Source: Octopus bimaculoides (Eukaryota). Taken from it: a stretch of DNA of 63,979 bases. Positions 38,605 to 50,199 of the stretch are shown piece by piece (position 1 is the first letter of the stretch; each line of letters opens with the position of its first letter). A model generated the notes under the pieces. The model did not search any database. It worked only from the letters and a program-made list of their open reading frames with translations, and was not told the DNA's origin. The stretch is taken from assembly GCF_001194135.2 (NCBI RefSeq), contig NC_069001.1, positions 39,410,772-39,474,750 on the forward strand, given 5' to 3'. Made by a program: the position numbers and the translations under genes.

Positions 38605-39675
38605 CTGGAGAGAAGAGAGGGGGGAGTTTGGGGTTAGATAGAAGACTTGGCCTAATTATTTACTATACTCTGCTGAAGACCTTAAGGGCCCAAGTAGTTG
38701 GGGTTAAACCTTTCGAACCTGGTACCCACAACCAAAAATGCTCCCAACACCGACGGACTTTTATGGTTTACAACCACCAAATCCTTCTCATAAGATTTTG
38801 CTCGTCCGTGGAGGCTGTGAGTGACGAAACTTGCCTAAGATGCCCAACAGTAGCATTGAACACCGAAACCAAGTAGTCATGAAACGAACTTCTATCAACA
38901 CTCACCTAGGGCTAAACAACAACTAATAAATCAGCAACACCAATCATTTGCGATAGAAGACTGACGACAATGTACTATAATGTAAACAAAATTATATAGA
39001 TAGATCGATTAATACATTCGACCAATCGGAGCATAATCTTTCGCTGACGTCATTTTTATTGTACCAATTGATATTGATTCAGTTGTACCAATAAGCACTA
39101 ACTTAATGTAAGTTCTGTAAATATTCTAATGCAAATAGTTGTTGGTGTCATCACAAGCGAGAAGACATCTCAGTGTTGACTCAGCTAGATAAAAGTAGCA
39201 AACCCAAAAGCTTGTGCTCCTATAAAACAAAGAGAAGGGATAGTCACGGATTGAATATCTGTGATCATATAACTGTTACATTAGAATTTATTTGAGGGCT
39301 AGAAAGCCTAATCATCAATTAGAGAAATGAAGACCCCAGCTGACCAAAATTTCGTTTTTATCATTGGCAAAAACTTAACATACAATTTACAACGAATTGA
39401 TTTGCTGTCCAAAAGGAGTAGAAGATCTGACGATTCGGATATTGTCCTCAGAAAGAAGCAATATAAGGAGTTATGTCCTAGAACAGAGTACAATAACTGA
39501 TTAGATGGACAGATACAAGTTGATAGCAGGAGAAGAGAGTACCCCGCAGTAAATACAATGCCTGACAGAATATAATGGTTGTTAGGACGGACTTGGATGG
39601 ATGTTGCGTTGGCCGATGTAAAGCAAAACCATTTTTCTTCTTTTCCTGATCATAACTATCACCAATATTTAGAGT

Positions 39676-39890
39676 AAGGCCTCTAGATGGCAGAATCGTT
39701 AACACGCCGAGCAAAATGTTTCGCGGCATTGCATCCGTCTTTTCGTTCTGAGTTCAAATTCCACCAAGGCCGACTTTGCCTTTTCATCCTTTCGGGGTGG
39801 ATAAAAAAAAAGTACCAGTTATGCACTGGGGTAGATGTAATTGACTTCTTACCTCACACGAAATAGCTAGCTTTGTGCCAAAATTTGAAG
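39676..39890 (+). mobile_element. tRNA-derived SINE (family A)
   Basis: GGCAGAATCGTTAACACGCCG..GAGTTCAAATTCCACCAAGG..TTTCGGGGTGGATAAAAAAAAGTACCAG. Confidence 0.9.
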
Positions 39891-40676
39891 CTCGTAACTA
39901 ATGACTAACTAATGAACTTAATTATGACAAGATACACTCACAGGGATAACATTATACTTTATTGTTGTTGCTCTTGTTTTAGACACTAATGGATTGTAAG
40001 ATTCTTGAAAGTGATGGACAATTCCCTCTGAAATATATACTTCACATAGGAAGATATATTTTCGTATCGTCCGTCCTGGTTCTCAAACAGAACTGCCTGC
40101 TTAGTAAATATATTAACACCAATAAAATATTCAGAATCTTTTTCACTCTTTTTACCCCTTACCATTCTTTTAACTCTGATTTTTTTTCCTCCTAAATCTC
40201 GTTTCACTAATCATTTGGAAACGAGAATAAATTTCAATTACAAATTGTTAGAAAAATAATTATAAATTTAATATTTTTCTTACGTAAATGTTTGATTTTT
40301 AAATATTTACAAAATACGCCTCAGTTAACAACTCATGAATATTTATAAACATATTAAACTTGATCATCTACAAACATATCAGGGCCTCCATTTCTGTCTC
40401 GCAGGCATACGATTGAGATGTTGCGTTAATTATCGTCTGACGATAAACCAGGCGAGATTTCACTTAATGGCTTTCACCTAAAATCAGATTATTAAAAATT
40501 ACTCTGCTCTTCTAAGCAGTTCCTTTAAGGCGAACTGAAGCTTACTGCTAAAACCTGAAGACTTATAATGAGACTTGATTCTTTCGTTAAATTTATCGAA
40601 AAATTCTCTCAGCGCACGATTCAATTTCTGTCAGTATTTGCTTGAAGAAAAGGTAGAGTACGAACAGTCAAAACGG

Positions 40677-40720
<44 letters not shown>

Positions 40721-40962
40721 CTATTTCTATCTTTCTTTCTTCTTTTCTATCCTTCCGTCTCTTTCTCTCGTTTCCCTTCAAGACAAAGAGTCAAACCTGA
40801 AGCGCCAGTTTTCTTTTCCCGACCACTGACGCTCGAATCCAAATTCATAAAATTTCTTTCGAAAATAAGTTCAACTGCGAAAGTAATAAGTGATTAAGTT
40901 AAATGAAGACACCATATTAAATGTATATTTCTATATTAATCAAGTATTATTTTATAAGTGAA

Positions 40963-41117
40963 CAGAGTTCAAATTCTGCCGTAGTCCACTTTGCCTTTTA
41001 CCCATTCGGGTGTCGATAAAATAAGTTCCAGTTGAGCACTGGAGAGGGGGGGGGGTCGATGTAATCGAAGCTCTGCCCTTCCCAGAAACTGCTGACCTTG
41101 AGCCAAAATTCGAAACT
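40963..41117 (+). mobile_element. 5'-truncated family-A SINE
   Basis: GAGTTCAAATTCTGCCG..CACTTTGCCTTTT..TCGATAAAATAAGTTCCAGTTGAGCACTGG..GGGGTCGATGTAATCGA. Confidence 0.85.
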
Positions 41118-41241
41118 ATCCTCTTTATGAACCACCAAAAACTGACGCTGATTGGAATAAATAATTGTTCTCTTTGTCGTCTACCGTTATGGTTAGCGAC
41201 GCCAGGTATTATTAACAATGAGAGACATGGAACCTTAATAC

Positions 41242-41298
<57 letters not shown>

Positions 41299-41968
41299 TC
41301 ACTCTGTTTTTCTTTCTCTCTTTGTCTCTCATTTTAATTAATGGAATATATGACACTTTCGTCTTCGTACTCGATACAAGTCGACGGATTCTGTTTAGAA
41401 AAACATTTTTAAAACCAAGTAAAAGAATGTTACTGTTTGGTGTAAATAAAGTCATTTCTGTCTCTAATGTTATTTGCCCTAGAGATACTGAAGACGAATG
41501 AATAAATCAAACTGGACAAGTGTCATGTGTAAGAGTCACGTGGTTCAAAGTAGAGAAGACAGGGTAGAATAAAATATCCTTAGAATTACAGACGTTTTCT
41601 CTTTCATCGCCATTGCAGGTGGTTTCTTTCCAATTACCATATTTGGAAAATGTGTAGTGGAAGCCAACAGTTTTCAATTGTTTCAAATTTTCAAACTGCT
41701 CAGGAGAGAAATAACTGTGTGGTGAAGCAGTGCACTTTGCAACAGCATGATTTCGAGATCGATCCTAACATGCCCCAACACCTTTAACAGCTTCGTGTCT
41801 ACCGAAGCATTTGGAACATAATTTGCGAGAAGGAAACTACATGGAAGCCCTTCAGGAAAGAGGGAACCCTTTCCAACCCTTTTTAATTGTAGATTTAATT
41901 TTTCACTTACGTTTACGCCACAGCCTAGTGTCTGCATGTGTTTAGCACTGTCCACACGCTTACAAACA

Positions 41969-42062
41969 TTGAGCCATACCTCCACATGCCTGTGGAGGTA
42001 TACCTCTTGAGGCATACCTCCACATGCCTGTGGAGGTATGGCTCTTGAGGCATACCTCCACA
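41969..42062. repeat. 38-bp tandem repeat (2.5 copies) of a self-complementary unit
   Basis: ATACCTCCACA-TGCC-TGTGGAGGTAT hairpin in each unit; units at 41969, 42007, 42045. Confidence 0.95.
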
Positions 42063-42739
42063 GCAGTCACTGCATGTGTATACGTATGTAATCATCGCCA
42101 TCTGAGCCATTAGATTCTGTTTTTTTTATTGTTCGGCATATTCCGATCCAAACTCCGGGCTTCAGTTTTAACTTAAAAAAAAAAACATATTCTCGATATG
42201 TATTGAGCACTCATTTCTCATTTGCTCGACATTAAGCATTGTACGTATATATATATATATATATNNNNNNNNNNNNNNNNNNNNNNNNNNNNNNNNNNNN
42301 NNNNNNNNNNNNNNNNNNNNNNNNNNNNNNNNNNNNNNNNNNNNNNNNNNNNNNNNNNNNNNNNNNNNNNNNNNNNNNNNNNNNNNNNNNNNNNNNNNNN
42401 NNNNNNNNNNNNNNNNNNNNNNNNNNNNNNNNNNNNNNNNNNNNNNNNNNNNNNNNNNNNNNNNNNNNNNNNNNNNNNNNNNNNNNNNNNNNNNNNNNNN
42501 NNNNNNNNNNNNNNNNNNNNNNNGGTGACATGAAAATGGAATATGCAATCGTTTTGCTTCTAACCAAAGAAAAATTGCTACAAGAAGTTGTTACTTGTTA
42601 TGCGAAAGTGGAGGAGTGCCAAATTAATATAAACCTTCCGTCACGCTCTGAGCTGTATTAGGAAATGAAAATACGCTTTCATTTCGGTCCCATCCCCTAA
42701 CTGTCCCATTCCATAAAGGTCAATATACAATCATTCCGT

Positions 42740-42809
42740 AATTTGAGAAAATGTGAAACCTGAAACACTTCCGGTCCTAAGTATTTGCGATAAAGGTTTA
42801 TCAGCCGTA
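42740..42809 (-). mobile_element. Terminal remnant of a pogo/Tigger-like DNA transposon
   Basis: Minus strand TA-CGGCTGATAAACCTTTATCGCAAATACTTAGGACCGGAAGTGTTT resembles the remembered Tigger4/Zombi end CAGGTTGAGTATCCCTTATCCGAAATGCTTGGGACC..AAGTGTTT; a TA target dinucleotide is adjacent. Confidence 0.55.
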
Positions 42810-42914
42810 ATAACTCGCAAAAACACACACACATCTACCCCCCCCCCCAACTACATAACACAACTAATACATACACGTAAATATAATGTATGCACGTGTG
42901 TGTGTAGCTAACCA

Positions 42915-43067
42915 CCTACACTTTTTTCTACAAAATAGGGGTAGTTAATCCTGTTCAGGCTATTTTATTAGCATTATCCTGCGTTTGAGAATTTAAAAAT
43001 CACTTCTTTAACTTTCTAAGATATCTCAACGCTTCTAAAAGCAAGCTTCGTTTGTTTGTTTACGTTT
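42915..43067 (+). repeat. Dispersed copy of the sequence downstream of the tRNA-like unit (29780-29894), with a ~37-bp extra segment
   Basis: CCTACACTTTTTTCT(A/G)CAAAATAGGGGT..TGCGTTTGAGAATTTAAAA..TTCTAAAAGCAA(G/A)CTTCGTTTGTTTGTTTACGTTT is shared. Confidence 0.9.
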
Positions 43068-43133
43068 GTCCTCGTGTGTCTATTCTGTCCATAAGAAAGG
43101 AACAAATAATAGACTGTGGCTGTTGGTCATAAC

Positions 43134-43163
43134 CCCCGGGCAACGCTGGGGTGCACTGCTTAT
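43134..43163 (+). mobile_element. Helitron-like 3' terminal hairpin
   Basis: CCCCGG-GCAACG-CTGGGG GC-rich hairpin ~8 nt before CTTA-T (CTRR-T expected for Helitron ends; the terminus is degenerate). Confidence 0.35.
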
Positions 43164-43605
43164 ATGTGTGTGTGTGGCCACGGTGTTGTTCCTTCCTTCC
43201 TTCCTTAGAAGAAGTTATTAAAACCATTCCATCCTCCATCTAATTTCAATGTTTTGCTAGGAAAATACATCTGTTTTTAGACACTTAAATATTTTATAAA
43301 CCTGCGATTCCGCCGAGAACAACTAAATAGTACTGTCAGAGTTAGGAATAGCAAAATTGAATTATTGGTATTAAAAAACTCTATTTTCCCTGAAAATATA
43401 GTTTTGTTAATAATTAAGGTCTCTTTGTGCTGACAACGGTAAAACTTAATAACTGAGAAGTTAAAGTAACTTAAAATCCATTTTCGAAATATAATTGTCT
43501 GCAGAAATTATTTGAATAAAGAATTTTGTTACTTTTTATAAACAAACGGCATCGGGTACCAACACATTCCAATCAGTTTCTAATAATGTACAGCCTAGAA
43601 ATATT

Positions 43606-43820
43606 GGTTTGAAATTGTCGGCACAAGGCCAGCAATTTGGAGGGAGGGGCTAAGTTGCTTACATCGACGCCAGTCCGTAATTGGTACTTATTTGATTAAC
43701 CTCGAAAGGATGAAAGTCAAAGTCGACCTCGACGGAATTTGAACTCAGAAAGTAAAGGCGGACGAGATGTTGCTAAGTATTTTACCCGGCACGGTAACGA
43801 TTTTGCCAGTTCGCTACCTC
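43606..43820 (-). mobile_element. Family-A SINE, full length
   Basis: GAAAGGATGAAAGTCAAAGTCGACCTCGACGGAATTTGAACTCAGAA..GTAACGATTTTGCCAGTTCGCTACCT. Confidence 0.9.
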
Positions 43821-44722
43821 ACGACTCTGAAATATTTATTATAATTTACACACGCTCAAACATGTCCGACAGTTAAGATATTCGCTTGGCATCTACAAAA
43901 CATAAGGAGTGAGGTTGATTTCTGCGAGTAAAACCCTTCAAGGCGGTGCCCTAGCATGGCCGCAATCCAATGACTAAAACTAACAAAAGATAAAAGATAA
44001 CAGCGACAGTGGAATTTATTGATCATCATTCGATTCCAGCTTTTTACAGTCGTTGTAGTATTAATGTCAGTGACTTAACCGGAATTTTGACCTTCGAAGA
44101 TGTTTCTTGCGATGCCTCCAGTAAATCTCTGGCAAGAATATTTTAATTCCGCTCAGAATACAACAATGGCCTTCAGCACAATTACAAAGTTGTTCGCTTC
44201 TCTAGAACGTAACAAATCTCGTGTACGAGATTACACTTTAGGCTGACATGATGTTTATAAAACTATTTATGCTTCTTCCCCAAAAGCTGTTGCACGGATG
44301 GGATTCTGTTATTTCTATATTTAAGGGGTCAAGCAGCTGGGCCATTGTATTGTTGATGAGATGGGGGATGACTCAGAGTTCGGAAGTCGGGGATGAACAA
44401 TTATCACTACAGTCTTTGTTCCTAAAGCAAAACTATTTTCAGTTTCTACGCCAGTGTTTGATATACATTGGTTAGTAAAAAATACACACTACGCCTATAT
44501 ACATGTGTGTGTGTGTGTGTGTGCTTATGTAATGTGCATGTCTCCGTGTCTATTGTTGGACGTAAACCGCCTGAAAAACGTTACTCAAGACGCTAAGTGA
44601 CGAGACATGATGGAAGAGATCGATAAAATGTTTATCAGGCGTAGGGAAATATGTTCTGGTGTCCATAGGATTGATTAAATTCTTTCAGACATTGCTCTGT
44701 TTTTAATTTCATAACCTAATCA

Positions 44723-44880
44723 AAGGCAGCGGACTGGGTCGAAGCGGTAGGGTGTCAGAAATGATGCCTTACAGTATCGCTTCTGTCCCTTTACGTTCTG
44801 AGTTCAAATCCTACTGAGGTCAATTCGCCTTTCATCCCTCGATACCAGTGAAGTACTGGGGTCTACATAATCCCCTTCGC
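44723..44880 (+). mobile_element. Degenerate family-A SINE
   Basis: TTTACGTTCTGAGTTCAAATCC..GCCTTTCATCC..TACCAGTGAAGTACTGGGGTC. Confidence 0.75.
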
Positions 44881-45169
44881 TCATAATAAAGTTAGCAGCT
44901 TAGGCTTATATGAGAAGCGTTGTCTGAGAAATTATTATGCTGCTTTTCAGGATTTCTGAGACTGTTGAGTATCGAGGAAGTTGTCATCAGCTGAGAGGCC
45001 ATTGTGGTTACCATTAGAGTCACCTAAGGTTCAAGTAGTGAAAACAACAGTGGACTAAGCTAAAGTCACTCAATCACTCGTCGGCGGCGAATTTGTGCAG
45101 TTAAACCAAATGACACATTATTTCTTTCATCCAATTGTATGAACGATCACTCTAGCAGCTGCCATGCAG

Positions 45170-45603
45170 AATCTGCCGACCAAATTTCATTCAGGTCTCT
45201 TTAGTTGACCCCAGAAGATAACTGCGCAAGATACAAAATAGAGGGATTCAGCACGAAAGTATTTAGTTTCGAAATGAGTGTGTTAACCACGCAGCCATGG
45301 ATAATGCAGTCGTCGATGCTTGAAAAAAACAAAGTAGAGTTGGTCGTATCTGGAATGCATTTTGATTATGTACCTACTCGTGCACCGTTCACTTGAGGCT
45401 AAACAACAACAGCTGCGAGACGGATTAAATAATATCAACCAGGTGATGGATGTATCCGATGTAAATCCACACGCACCGTTTCCGATTAGCAAATTCCACT
45501 CAAAAGACGTTGATTCAGCCAAGGTTAAGGTAGCAGACACAGTCCCATAACGGTGTGCAGTAGAATCGAACCAGAGACCATAATGTTACGAAGTGAGCTT
45601 CCT
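45170..45603 (-). mobile_element. Two degenerate family-B SINE heads (45170-45302 and 45478-45603)
   Basis: AGCAAATTCCACTCA..GCCAAGGTTAAGGTAGCAGACAC..GCAGTAGAATCGAACC and ..TTAACCACGCAGCCATG match the reverse of family B. Confidence 0.55.
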
Positions 45604-45990
45604 CTCTCTCCCCCCCCCATCCGCCACACACGCACATACCCGCACTCGTAATTCAACCCAAAGATGTAACAACAGTTTTCTCTTTGCTATATTTAACTCC
45701 ATGGTTATCGAATCGATTGACAGGTTTAACAGCAAATCTAAACTCAAGTTGATCAAGTCGTAATCTAAACATCCGTTTGGCCCACTTTCTCTCACTTTCC
45801 ACAAAGAACAAACCGAACATTATTATAGCATGGATTCTGTTTATAGTGTAACATAAGGTGTCAGTTTCTGTCTGATTCTATTCTCTTTCTCTCTTTCTCT
45901 CCCTTTCTTTCTCTCTCCATTTACTAAACATGGTCTATAGATGCAAATTATGTACCGTAAACATAGTCTGTACACACACACACACAAACA

Positions 45991-46027
<37 letters not shown>

Positions 46028-46219
46028 TGAATATAAATTATATTTACGGTGTGTATACACATGTAAACGAGGTATACATAGATATCATAACCTGTAAATA
46101 TTGCCTATATATACATAAATCTGATATACCGGAAGGACAATCTATATATACATAAATATTAAATATCAGGAAAATTGTCATATTCATAAATATTATACGG
46201 TATAAAGAGTATGTATGTG

Positions 46220-46257
<38 letters not shown>

Positions 46258-46260
<3 letters not shown>

Positions 46261-46400
46261 GTATGTCTGTATGTATATATGTATGTATGTCTGTATGTAT
46301 ATATGTATGTATGTCTGTATGTATATATGTATGTATGTCTGTATGTATATATGTATGTACGTCTGTATGTATATATATATGTATGTCTGTATGTATATAT
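46258..46400. repeat. 24-bp period minisatellite (ctgtatgtatatatgtatgtatgt) x~6 within a TA/TG microsatellite field
   Basis: The C of gtctgt recurs at 46267, 46291, 46315, 46339, 46363, 46387. Confidence 0.9.
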
Positions 46401-46563
46401 ATATGTCTGTATGTATATGTCTGTATATATATATATGTATGTATATATGTATATATGTATGTGTATATGCATGTATATATGTATATGTATGTATATATGT
46501 ATGTATGTATGTATATATGTATGTATGTATATATGTATGTATGTGTATATGTATGTATATATG

Positions 46564-46604
<41 letters not shown>

Positions 46605-46605
46605 A

Positions 46606-46806
46606 TCATTCGCCATGATAGATCGCTGACCACTACATTTATATTTTTTTCTCCTTGTTTCTCTCCTTATTTCTTTCTGTGTTCTTTTCTGTGGAAGAGC
46701 GTAGCTCGAAACGTCAAAGACTTTCTCTATTCCCGAGCGTTAAACTAATACATCCATTTGTTGTTTACACCACCTGTCTTCGTCTGTGTTTTTCATAAAT
46801 TCTCCC
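46606..46806 (+). mobile_element. Probable Penelope-type terminal repeat with a hammerhead-like motif
   Basis: Non-coding ~200-bp block between microsatellites containing CTGTGGA-A-GAGC-GTA-GCTC-GAAA-CG-TC. The element class is inferred from this motif. Confidence 0.5.
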
Positions 46807-46970
46807 ATATATATTTTTGCTGTTCTGCACTTTTCCGACTCGCTTCGCCATTAGTATTTCTGTTTTCATCATCCAACCTATTGGATGATTTAGCGATTCG
46901 CTAATGTGTATGTATAAAACTTAATATAAACAGCAGTTAAGCACATTTCCTTTTATCAGTAGAGATTCAG

Positions 46971-47215
46971 TTGTTAAAATACCCGTATGTACTTTTGTAG
47001 AATAATCAAACTGGGTGGGTTCACCTTGCAGGCAAACCCCTATGCACCCTATAACTTAATGGACTTGCCTTTCGGAAATACCATTATGTACGCCTATTAT
47101 TTTTATCAAGCTCTGTGCACTCACCTTGTTAAATTACCCGTATATGCCTTTATCAAACTCAATCGATTCACCCTTCTAAAATACCCCGTATGCATCTCTA
47201 TAATTTTATCAAATT
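46971..47215 (+). repeat. Degenerate ~50-bp tandem repeat, ~5 copies
   Basis: cacc(c)tt..aaa(a/t)tacc(c)..tatg..c..tat..ttttatcaa recurs near 46971, 47022, 47068, 47122, 47170. Confidence 0.7.
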
Positions 47216-49444
47216 GTTTTGAAATTGATATGAAATCCATGGCAACCAATTCCACAAAAAATCACCAGCAAAATGATTCTACGAGAAGATTGCTAAAAAT
47301 AGTTTACTTCACGTTAACAATTTCTTCTACTTTTTCAAGGATTTTAATGTTATCAGCTCCAGAGTCTCTCAACGGATTTTAAGTTGTTTGTTTATTATTT
47401 TTATATATATATTTGCAACATTTCAAACCCACAAATCATAACGACAATTTATTTCCTTACTTTCTTTTAACTACCACGTCTGAGACCATGCTGGAGCACC
47501 ACCGCATTAATAGATATAAATTTTATCACGATATTCATTTTTTTTTTCCAGTTTTCAACGAATTGAAATGTTATTTAAATAGAAATTTTAGTCTTTTTGC
47601 ATTTTCGTATGTGTGTTTGTGTGCATTTGTGCGGATGTTGGTGTGTAGTATGTATTACTGTTGGTATGTATGCAGTGAAGTTGCGTTCGCGTATGAGTGT
47701 TTGTAGTAAATGTTAGGAGTGCGCATATGTCTTCTGTGCGTGTGAATGCTTGTGTTGAGGAGGTGGAAAAAGACGGAGCGTGGATAGATGAATGTGTGTG
47801 TGTGCGCGCGTGTGTGTGTATGTATGCATACATACATACATATGAAGGGGAGATGGGGGTGAGATAGAAAGGATATTTATATTTTGATCTTTTTCTTAGT
47901 TAAAATGGCTTCCAACCAAACTGATGGAAAGGAAAAAAATGTAACCGCTCTATGGCTTTTAAAATGTATGTTTTTATTGGTAAAGGTTTCACTTCTGCTG
48001 TAGTGTGATTATAAGAATATGTCTGCATCGTTAGTGGCGTGATGGCAGACATATTGTTAGAATGGGTGAGCTAGGAGGGGAAATGTCTAAGAACGCTGCT
48101 CCCTGAAATATTATTTTAATAGCTAGGCAACAAGAATGTACGTTTGAGTTTTAATGCGTTGTTGTGGCATTCATTATCTTTTCCAAGTTCATCAGGGATT
48201 TGAATAACGTAAAAGTGTCCCAGCAGAGAATCGAAACCGATTTCCCATTTGTGTTTCACAGAAGTTACTTTACTTGATAATATTTTATACAGGAATCAAC
48301 CAAAATAATCGAACATTGCCGTTGATAGAAATGATCATAGCAAATGTTTCTTATTCAAACCTGTCAAGCAGCGAGAGCTGGCAGAAGCGTTAGAGCTTCA
48401 GACAAAGTACCAAGCAATTTTTCTTCCCACTTTTATATTGTTTTTGATCTGACCGAGGTCACATTCGTCTAATCCGCCCTCAAAATTACTAGTCTTATAT
48501 CTAAATCAGAAGCCGTTTAATTTAATACTACATGGAAATCGCTGTGTCATTCGGAAAGGTCGCTTGACTCTTTTATTGCCTGAGCTGACCTCACTGTTAA
48601 GAACCGGCATTAGGTGTTTTAGGAAAATACCTTACGAAATCCTAAGATTATCGTCTATCTGATATTAATAAAGGAGAGCTGTGAGTTTCCTAAACGTATT
48701 ATTTATTATTTTTACTCCTTGTATTTGTGCGTCACAAATCCTCCAGCAATTTATTGTTGGTTCAGAAGTAGTGTACCGAATAGAGCGATAGATGGCGAAA
48801 TTGCCCGAAAGTGAACGAAAATGAAATCATACTGTATCACAGATTGGTCTCCTGGGATAACATTACCAGAGCTGCCGTCATCAGTGTGTCAGTTGGTAAA
48901 CTGACAGCTTCGATCATCCCGTTGTATCATTTAGGTCACAGTAGATGACAACATAGTTCGCCGGTCAGATCAGAGGAAAGTAGCTAAAAAAAATTAACGA
49001 CTCATTGGTTGAAGATCGTAATCCTGAAATGACTCAGCCAAGGAAATGAACAACAGGTGTATCCAATCCGGACCACAGAAACACTCTCTCTCTCCACACA
49101 CATATACCCCCCCACACATACACACGTGTATCAAATATAGTTTGTATTGTATTTTCGAGATTATTCACTTCCTTTTCTAATTTTCACATACAAGCTGTCA
49201 TAGCACCAAATAATTTCCTTTCTTTGAATTATTAATTAAGCACATTGCTAATAAATAGGAAGCACTTTGTGAAACACAGTCAATAATATATCTTATGAAT
49301 ATGTTTGTGCGTTGATAGAAAGAAATAGAGGGAGAGAGAGAGAAAGATGAGGGCGGTTGACAGACGTACTATAATAAATGGTTTTAGTTACATAGAAAAA
49401 AATACAGTGTAAAACANNNNNNNNNNATATATATATATATATAT

Positions 49445-49557
49445 AATTTTTTTCAGAATGAGATAAAAATCCAAGGCTGTGAAGATTTTAGAAGATTTAT
49501 AAATAGAAGGTCTTACAGCTGTTTCCTGGATATTCTTTATATCCCTTCATCGAAGAC
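49445..49557 (-). mobile_element. Penelope-type terminal repeat with degenerate minimal type-I hammerhead ribozyme (49509-49557)
   Basis: Minus strand GTCT-TCGATGA-AG-GGATAT-AAAGA-ATATCC-AG-GAAA-CAGCTG-TA-AGAC: stem I, near-consensus core, stem II, palindromic stem III, GUA site. Confidence 0.6.
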
Positions 49558-50150
49558 GGTGTGAGAAAATGGTTAAGCAATAGTTAATTTAGATAAGATA
49601 CGAAATAGAGTGAAATGGAGGAATGAAAATAAATGTGAGATATGCAGGGATATTGCATTTGTAGATCCATTATTTAGGCAGAATGGTATACATATAAGAT
49701 TCCAATACCTTGTGAGTAAAATCCAATAGTATTTAAAATTGGTCATTCTTCCTCCTCTGTATTGTGTTCTGCTTGTACTTGCAAATTGTTCCTCTATCTC
49801 TTCGTACACTATAAATACACACACACACACACACGCACACGCACACGCACACGCACACACACACACACATATAGAGAGTGAGATATCTATGTGAGTGTGA
49901 GGGAGAGTGATTGTGATAGTTTAGTAATACAAACGAAGGAACACGAGTATAATTTAGTTAATTTGACTCATTTATTCCCACTGCAGCTATTCGCAGTTTT
50001 ACGTGTGTGTGCTGTAGCTGGGGCTGTCTCTAAGCGAATCCTTCAGATACTGCTTTCATTTAGAAGCGATTTGCCAAGGAATAAATAATATATACATACA
50101 CACAAACATGTGTGTGCAGTGCGTGTGTGGATGTGTGGATNNNNNNNNNN

Positions 50151-50199
<49 letters not shown>

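Noticed and set aside
41619-41660. GGFFPITIFGKCVV after a cag acceptor, resembling a K+ channel post-filter segment
   Set aside because: It has G rather than the conserved D after GYG, no donor site, and the following residues are not a transmembrane helix.
41969-42062. CRISPR-like palindromic repeat
   Set aside because: The units are contiguous with no unique spacers, no cas genes are present and the context is eukaryotic.
45362-45550. 62-aa ORF that looks protein-like
   Set aside because: Its 3' third is an antisense family-B SINE and there are no supporting splice signals.
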